The translations under genes were made by a program, and so were the position numbers. Below the pieces are notes generated by a model, which did no database searches, was not told where the DNA came from, and saw nothing but the letters and a program-made list of their open reading frames with translations. Positions 24,476 to 28,963 of a stretch of DNA of 28,963 nt are shown here, piece after piece; the first letter of the stretch is position 1; each line of letters starts with the position of its first letter. Source of the stretch: an uncultured Oscillospiraceae bacterium (GTDB taxonomy: Bacteria; Bacillota; Clostridia; UMGS1883); contig CAYTWZ010000002.1 in assembly GCA_964442035.1 (NCBI GenBank), positions 2,211 through 31,173 of the forward strand, written 5' to 3'.

Positions 24476-24646
24476 GAAAACGCTGATTGATTCTAAAATG
24501 CTGATTGGCGGGAAAATTTTTCTCGCAGTAAGGCAAAAAGCGCATGATTACTTGCTGTATTATGGGCTTCTTTAACCGAACTGCGGGGGAAATAACCGTC
24601 AAGCAGCGTTTTAAGCCGTAGACGTGAATTAATCAGAGCTTCCTTG
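24476..24646 (-). repeat. Long-form copy (R2) of the imperfect-palindromic intergenic element family
   Basis: The reverse complement aligns end to end with 27572-27740. Its arms carry GCTGATT x2 (24482-24488, 24500-24506) and AAGCAG/AATCAG (24601-24606, 24630-24635) in inverted orientation. It ends 24 nt before the GTG of the nucleotidyltransferase gene. Confidence 0.6.
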
Positions 24647-24796
24647 ATATTATTTGCCGGGAGAAAAATCTTATTCCAGGAAAACTACGGATCCATACAT
24701 TTGATATAGTTCGGTTCCATCCATGCGATTTTTGCTTTAACTTTTTTGCCCGCAATCAAAAATACAAATAATACAAAAAAAATTACAAGATTGTTC

Positions 24797-24825
24797 TTGA
24801 CAATCATATGACCGTGTGATATAAT
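24797..24825 (+). promoter_or_regulatory. Sigma-A promoter of the HTH-NfeD-flotillin operon
   Basis: TTGACA (24797-24802), a 17-nt spacer, and an extended -10 TGaTATAAT (TATAAT at 24820-24825). AATCATAT occurs twice around it (24802-24809, 24823-24830). Confidence 0.65.
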
Positions 24826-24852
24826 CATATCATAAGCAAAGAGGGTGATCAG

Positions 24853-25395
24853 ATGTATGTGCTTCCCGGAACAAATATTGAAGTAGGGGAGCTGTCCTTT
24901 GACAGCGTTAATTCGCTGCTGAATTCAATTTTTCTCACAGGAGGACTGGTGCTTAGTCAGGTGGCAGGAATGACTGACTGTGCTCCACATGTGGTGCAGA
25001 ATTGGGTCAAAAGAGGGTTTGTTTCGCCGCCGGTGAACAAGAAATACAGCAAGCGGCAGTTTTGCAGAATAGCCTTTATCAACTTTTTGAAGGATGTGAT
25101 GCAGATCGACAAGGTCACGGCGCTGATGGAATATATTAATGGGGCGCTGGATGATGAAAGCGATGATCTGGTGGATGACTGTACGCTGTACTGCTACTTT
25201 GCTCAGGTAATAGGACAGCTGACGGACTTCCGCCGGGACACCATAGAGTCTGTGGTGGAAAAGTCGGTCTCCGGAGGAGGAGACAGCTATATCCAAGTCA
25301 GGCTCAAGGCCACACTTATAGTTATGGCCACCTCTTACGGAGCGGCAATGCTTCGAAGCAGGGTCAATTTGCTTATAAGTCAGTTGGATATATAA
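24853..25395 (+). CDS. Putative MerR-like HTH protein of the DUF1836 (YkrK-like) type
   Basis: The segment LSQVAGMTDCAPHVVQNWVKRGFVSPPVNKKYSKRQFCRIAFINFLKD fits the pattern I remember for DUF1836 proteins (t..mi.nyvK......P..KkYs..h......i..LK). The SD is GAGGG, 7 nt upstream of the ATG. Confidence 0.5.
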   Translation: MYVLPGTNIEVGELSFDSVNSLLNSIFLTGGLVLSQVAGMTDCAPHVVQNWVKRGFVSPPVNKKYSKRQFCRIAFINFLKDVMQIDKVTALMEYINGALDDESDDLVDDCTLYCYFAQVIGQLTDFRRDTIESVVEKSVSGGGDSYIQVRLKATLIVMATSYGAAMLRSRVNLLISQLDI

Positions 25396-25499
25396 CTAAA
25401 CGAAAGATGTTCCCGACTATATGGGCGGTGAGCGACCCTTTCGTTTTTCGGTGGGATATCAATCTCGAAACGTTGAAAGAGGGCTTTCAGCCCTTATTG
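25391..25499 (+). promoter_or_regulatory. Conserved structured intercistronic element, copy B
   Basis: It aligns with 4409-4513. P1 is 25398-25406/25438-25446. The central hairpin carries the conserved GATATCAATCTC apex. GGGCTTTCAGCCCTTATTG lies at 25481-25499. Confidence 0.55.
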
Positions 25500-25523
25500 G
25501 AAAAAAAGGGGGTCAAGGGGATA

Positions 25524-26162
25524 ATGTTCATTGTGAATTGGTGGAATGCCATGACAGCGGCTCAGCACGGGTTTTTGTATGTAGCGGTTCCGGCTACTTT
25601 AGTACTGGTCATTCAGACACTGTTGCTGATGTTTGGCATAGGCGACAGTGACGGTGATGTGCCGGACGGGGATATTCCCGATGTGGATGTTGGCGATGGA
25701 AATTTTCAGGCGGTGGAGGATTTCTCCAACTGCGATGTTTCCGGTGACTTGGACGGTGATCTGAGGATATTTACGGTCAGGGGTATGGTTGCGTTTTTCT
25801 CGGTGTTTGGCTGGTCAGGCGCGGCAATACTCGGAGGCGGACTTCCGCTGTGGTTTTCCGTTGTGGGGGCTGTAGTGGCGGGAGCTGCCGCAATGCTGGC
25901 GGTGGCGTTTATCGTCAAGTTTGCCCTTAATCTTCAGCAGTCGGGCAATATCAATCCCCGCAATGCCGTGGGTAAGTCCGGAACGGTTTATATAACTGTT
26001 CCTCCGGCTCGAAGCGGCAGCGGAAAGGTCAATCTTGTGCTTCAGGAGCGCTACTCCGAAATGGAAGCTGTTACCGATGGAGAACAGCCAATTTCGCCCG
26101 GTCGTGAAGTAACTGTAGTTGGAACTACAACAATGGGAACACTTATAGTTAGGGAAAAGTAA
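25524..26162 (+). CDS. NfeD/YqiJ-like membrane protein (acidic loop, TM helices, C-terminal OB-fold)
   Basis: It has TM helices flanking a D/G-rich loop and a C-terminal NfeD-like beta domain (GKSGTVYITV...GKVNLVL...VTVVG). It sits in the typical position upstream of flotillin. I prefer ATG 25524 to ATG 25407, because 25407 would translate the conserved non-coding element. Confidence 0.7.
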   Translation: MFIVNWWNAMTAAQHGFLYVAVPATLVLVIQTLLLMFGIGDSDGDVPDGDIPDVDVGDGNFQAVEDFSNCDVSGDLDGDLRIFTVRGMVAFFSVFGWSGAAILGGGLPLWFSVVGAVVAGAAAMLAVAFIVKFALNLQQSGNINPRNAVGKSGTVYITVPPARSGSGKVNLVLQERYSEMEAVTDGEQPISPGREVTVVGTTTMGTLIVREK

Positions 26163-26184
26163 AAAATAGGGGAGGAAAATTGTT

Positions 26185-27561
26185 ATGACTGTTTTAATTC
26201 TGATCTGCGTTATCGTTGTGCTGCTTTTGTCAACGATCATGCTCATCGTCAGCCGTTACCGCAAATGCCCCTCTGACAAGGTAATGGTCATCTACGGTAA
26301 GGTGGGGGCTAACAGCGACGGCACAAGCCGTAGCGCCAAGTGCATCCACGGCGGCGCGGCCTTTATCTGGCCGGTGATCCAGGCCTACGAATATCTGGAT
26401 CTTACGCCTATTTCCATAAGCGTTGATCTTAAAAACGCACTGTCACGGCAAAATATACGTATTGACGTACCAAGTCGCTTCACAGTAGGCATATCCACAG
26501 AAAACGGCATTATGCAGAATGCCGCCGAAAGGCTTTTGGGACTTAAGCTGTCCGAAATTCAGGAGCTTGCCAGGGATATCATATTCGGTCAGCTACGTCT
26601 TATCATTGCGACTATGGATATTGAGGAGATCAATACCGACCGTGATAAGTTCCTTGAGGCTGTGAGCCGCAATGTGGAAAGCGAGCTTAAAAAGATCGGT
26701 CTGCGTCTCATCAACGTAAACGTAACCGACATCACTGACGAAAGCGGATATATCGCTGCTCTTGGTAAGGAAGCGGCAGCCAAGGCCATCAACGATGCCA
26801 AGCAGTCCGTTGCGGAAAAGGATCGTGACGGCGCCATTGGTCAGGCCAACGCCCAGAGGGATCAGCGTATCTCCGTATCTGAAGCAAACAGCCTTGCCAT
26901 AACCGGTGAGAACGAGGCTCAGATAACCATTGCCAAGTCTAACGCTGTTCGCCGTGAGCAGGAGGCCGAAGCTCTTCGCAGGGCTACTGCCGCCGAAAAA
27001 ATTCAGGAGGCAAAAGCCCTTGAGGATGCCTACGGTGCCGAAAAAGAGGCCGAAATGGCCCGTGCCGCCAGAGAGCAGGCCACTCTTGAGGCTGATGTGC
27101 TCGTAAAGGCCGAGATCGAAAAGCGTCAGAAGGAAATCGCAGCCGCCGCCGAAGCGGAGCAGTTGCGTATTAAGGCACAAGGCGAGGCGGACGCCATATT
27201 TGCAAAAATGGCCGCCGAGGCAAAGGGTATGCAGGAAATTCTTACCAAGCAGGCGGAGGGCTTTGAAAAGATCGTTGCCGCCGCCGGAGGCAACGCATCC
27301 GATGCCATGAGGCTTATGCTTGCCGACAAGATGGAGGAGCTTATGCGCATACAGGTCGATGCCATCAAGAATATTAAGATCGACAAGGTCACTGTATGGG
27401 ACAACGGTAAGGAGGGCAATTCCACAGCCAACTTTATCAGCTCTATGGCTAAAGCTGTGCCTCCTATGAGCGAACTGTTCGACATGGCGGGCATGAAGCT
27501 GCCGGAGTATCTTGGCAAGAAAAAGGAAGCGCCCGCCGCCGACGCGGAAGCAGTGGGGTAA
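26185..27561 (+). CDS. Flotillin-family SPFH protein (FloT/YqiK-like)
   Basis: It has an N-terminal TM hairpin, an SPFH domain, long Ala/Glu-rich coiled-coil (EA) repeats, and the flotillin C-terminal region. GGAGGA lies 8 nt upstream of the ATG. Confidence 0.9.
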   Translation: MTVLILICVIVVLLLSTIMLIVSRYRKCPSDKVMVIYGKVGANSDGTSRSAKCIHGGAAFIWPVIQAYEYLDLTPISISVDLKNALSRQNIRIDVPSRFTVGISTENGIMQNAAERLLGLKLSEIQELARDIIFGQLRLIIATMDIEEINTDRDKFLEAVSRNVESELKKIGLRLINVNVTDITDESGYIAALGKEAAAKAINDAKQSVAEKDRDGAIGQANAQRDQRISVSEANSLAITGENEAQITIAKSNAVRREQEAEALRRATAAEKIQEAKALEDAYGAEKEAEMARAAREQATLEADVLVKAEIEKRQKEIAAAAEAEQLRIKAQGEADAIFAKMAAEAKGMQEILTKQAEGFEKIVAAAGGNASDAMRLMLADKMEELMRIQVDAIKNIKIDKVTVWDNGKEGNSTANFISSMAKAVPPMSELFDMAGMKLPEYLGKKKEAPAADAEAVG

Positions 27562-27571
27562 AGCTGTAACC

Positions 27572-27740
27572 TAAGGAAACGCTGAATAATTTACGCCTAC
27601 GGTTTAAAACAAACCTTGGCGATTAATTCACCGGCAGCTCGGTTAAAAAGCCGAGCTGCCGCAAGTATTCATGTGCCTTTTGCCTTGCCTCGAAAAAATA
27701 TTCTTTGCCAATCAGCATTTTAAAATTAAACAACGCTTCA
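27572..27740 (+). repeat. Long-form copy (R3) of the imperfect-palindromic intergenic element family
   Basis: It starts 11 nt after the flotillin stop. It aligns with the reverse complement of 24476-24646 and with both arms of 2230-2323. It contains a perfect 11-bp hairpin, CGGCAGCTCGG (27632-27642) / CCGAGCTGCCG (27651-27661). Confidence 0.6.
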
Positions 27741-27749
27741 TTTAATATC

Positions 27750-27777
27750 TTGACAGGTCATCAAAATGTGATATAAT
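27750..27777 (+). promoter_or_regulatory. Sigma-A promoter of the LRR protein gene
   Basis: TTGACA (27750-27755), a 16-nt spacer, and an extended -10 TGaTATAAT (TATAAT at 27772-27777). Confidence 0.6.
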
Positions 27778-27863
27778 AAATGTTGAAATGATGAACGTAT
27801 CCCGTATTTGTTGAGCTTGCCTCATTCATCATTCTATCACTTTTTAGAAAGAAGGTTCTATGT

Positions 27864-28963
27864 ATGAGCAAAGGAAAGCTTTTGCCGATACTGATGAGTC
27901 TGACAATGTTGGGCTCATCGGTCAGTATCCCCGTTTCCGCGGCGGAATACACCGACAATCAGATAGCGGACACGGTAGCCCGTGTAGCTGTGACGGAGAT
28001 TTTTGCCACGGATGTGAGCGAACCCTCTGAGGATGAATTTATTGCTCCTGCCGAAGATGTAGAAGAGAACGAGGCGGAAAAAGCGTCACAGGAGGATGCT
28101 TATGTCATGACAGACAGCGATGTTAAACTGTTCGCGGATTCATTGACATATGAAAACCTGCAATACGAAGTAAATGACGGCAATATTACAATAGTGGGCT
28201 GCAATGACGGTGTGGAAAGTATTGATATTCCCGCAACTATCGATGGGGAAGCAGTTACGAGTATTTCCGCTTACGCTTTCAGCGGACATTCAGATTTAAA
28301 AAAGCTCACCATACCGGAGGGAGTGACATATCTCGGGGCTTACTTTTTGACGGGAACAGCCGTAGAGAGGCTGACCATCCCCTCCACAGTGACGGAATCC
28401 GGGGGCAGCATCAACGGCGCGTTGGCCGGTTCCGCGGTTACAGAGCTGACCTTTGCGCCGGGCACGGTAAAAATTCCGAATAACATTTGCCGCAGCGATT
28501 CGCAGGGCAGTCTGCTTGAGATAGTCAATTTGCCGGACGGAGTGGAGACTATCGGAGATTGTGCTTTTACAAACGCCAAGAGCCTGACAAGGTGTGACCT
28601 CCCGGAGTCCGTTGTTACGATAGGAAATAACGCTTTTCAGAACTGCGTCAGTCTGGACGGCGAGATAAATATTCCCGCCAGTGTAAAAACTATCGGAGAT
28701 TACGCATTTGATGGCTGCAAAAGTATTACAAGCGTAAAAACCAACCTGAACACAAGCTCCGAGTGGGTAGGGACGGATAAAGTTTCCTTTTCAGCAACAA
28801 TTGGAAAGATGGCTTTCCGGAACTGCACTTCAATGAACGGTTTTGAGCTTGCCGCCAGCGTGAAAACGCTGAATAACTATGCGTTCGAGGGCTGCTCATC
28901 CCTGAGCGAGCTCACCATACCGGAGGGAGTGACATATCTCGGGGCTTACTTTTTGACGGGAAC
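27864..28963 (+). CDS. BspA-type leucine-rich-repeat surface protein (5' partial, runs off the window)
   Basis: This ORF is not in the ORF track because it has no stop inside the window; I translated it by hand. It begins with the signal peptide MSKGKLLPILMSLTMLGSSVSIPVSAAEY. Repeated IP..V..IG..AF..C..L units follow, as in the LRR_5 type. The frame is open to the last base. Confidence 0.75.
   Translation, partial: MSKGKLLPILMSLTMLGSSVSIPVSAAEYTDNQIADTVARVAVTEIFATDVSEPSEDEFIAPAEDVEENEAEKASQEDAYVMTDSDVKLFADSLTYENLQYEVNDGNITIVGCNDGVESIDIPATIDGEAVTSISAYAFSGHSDLKKLTIPEGVTYLGAYFLTGTAVERLTIPSTVTESGGSINGALAGSAVTELTFAPGTVKIPNNICRSDSQGSLLEIVNLPDGVETIGDCAFTNAKSLTRCDLPESVVTIGNNAFQNCVSLDGEINIPASVKTIGDYAFDGCKSITSVKTNLNTSSEWVGTDKVSFSATIGKMAFRNCTSMNGFELAASVKTLNNYAFEGCSSLSELTIPEGVTYLGAYFLTG
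28303..28963 (+). repeat. Long-period direct repeat inside the LRR gene
   Basis: The 55 nt AGCTCACCATACCGGAGGGAGTGACATATCTCGGGGCTTACTTTTTGACGGGAAC at 28303-28357 recur exactly at 28909-28963. The offset is 606 nt, or 202 codons. The second copy is cut by the window end. Confidence 0.85.

Noticed and set aside
25407-25523. The ORF-track start at 25407, which gives NfeD a 39-aa N-terminal extension.
   Set aside because: The extension is exactly the conserved non-coding element shared with 4409-4513. The hydrophobic NfeD body begins at ATG 25524. I keep this as an open alternative to be tested by proteomics.
25496-25524. A promoter-like TTGGAA-17-GATAAT just upstream of NfeD.
   Set aside because: The -10 overlaps the ATG at 25524. 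A transcript from it would lack the start codon and SD, so it is probably a chance match in A-rich sequence.
24853-27561. The HTH-NfeD-flotillin cassette as a phage-defence or mobile island.
   Set aside because: NfeD plus an SPFH/flotillin protein is a widespread housekeeping membrane-organisation pair (YuaF-FloT, YqiJ-YqiK). There is no nuclease, ATPase/helicase, integrase or transposase here. Only the flanking inverted elements are unusual, and I report those separately.
27632-27661. The perfect 11-bp hairpin as a canonical rho-independent terminator of the flotillin operon.
   Set aside because: No U-tract follows on either strand. I therefore report it only as part of element R3 and as a possible 3'-end or processing structure.
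27860-28030. ATG 27860, which opens a 56-aa ORF (MYEQRKAFADTDES...) overlapping the start of the LRR gene in another frame.
   Set aside because: The frame starting at ATG 27864 encodes a clean signal peptide, stays open for 1.1 kb to the window end and shows LRR periodicity. The 56-aa frame has no features.
1-28963. A scan for CRISPR arrays, rRNA/tRNA genes, IS elements and prophage genes.
   Set aside because: I found no regularly spaced short repeats outside coding tandem duplications. No intergenic region is long enough for, or resembles, rRNA or tRNA. No transposase, integrase or phage structural protein signatures appear in any ORF.

Overview
About 29 kb of what looks like a Clostridia-type Firmicutes chromosome. 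That assignment is my inference from the protein families, GGAGG-type ribosome binding sites and TTGACA/TATAAT promoters. Most of the window is housekeeping or cell-envelope genes. On the + strand: trmO, a GtrA-EamA fused membrane protein, and a fused Wzz/BY-kinase-like gene followed by a PHP tyrosine phosphatase and an unknown polytopic membrane protein. A long minus-strand block follows: pgk-tpiA-gpmI-metallophosphoesterase, then murI-DUF1934-ArgRS-like protein-S41 peptidase. After that come a 1085-aa secreted beta-helix (Cthe_2159-like) protein containing a near-perfect 324-bp tandem duplication, potABCD, a nucleotidyltransferase fused to a degenerate phosphomannomutase-like domain, a YkrK/DUF1836-like HTH gene with NfeD and flotillin, and the 5' part of a BspA-type LRR surface protein. 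I saw no rRNA, tRNA, CRISPR array, transposase, integrase or recognisable defence genes. The most interesting signals are non-coding. (1) A ~105-nt structured element with mutually exclusive pairings occurs twice (4409-4513 and 25391-25499). Each copy starts at the stop codon of a regulatory or signalling gene and precedes membrane-protein genes. (2) A family of imperfect-palindromic intergenic elements has two long copies (~170 bp) and one short copy (~95 bp) at 2230-2323, 24476-24646 and 27572-27740. Each copy is in the same orientation relative to the downstream surface/polysaccharide gene. Two copies in inverted orientation bracket the HTH-NfeD-flotillin cassette. I could not match either element to any RNA or repeat family I know. 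All of this needs database and covariation checks that I cannot run here.
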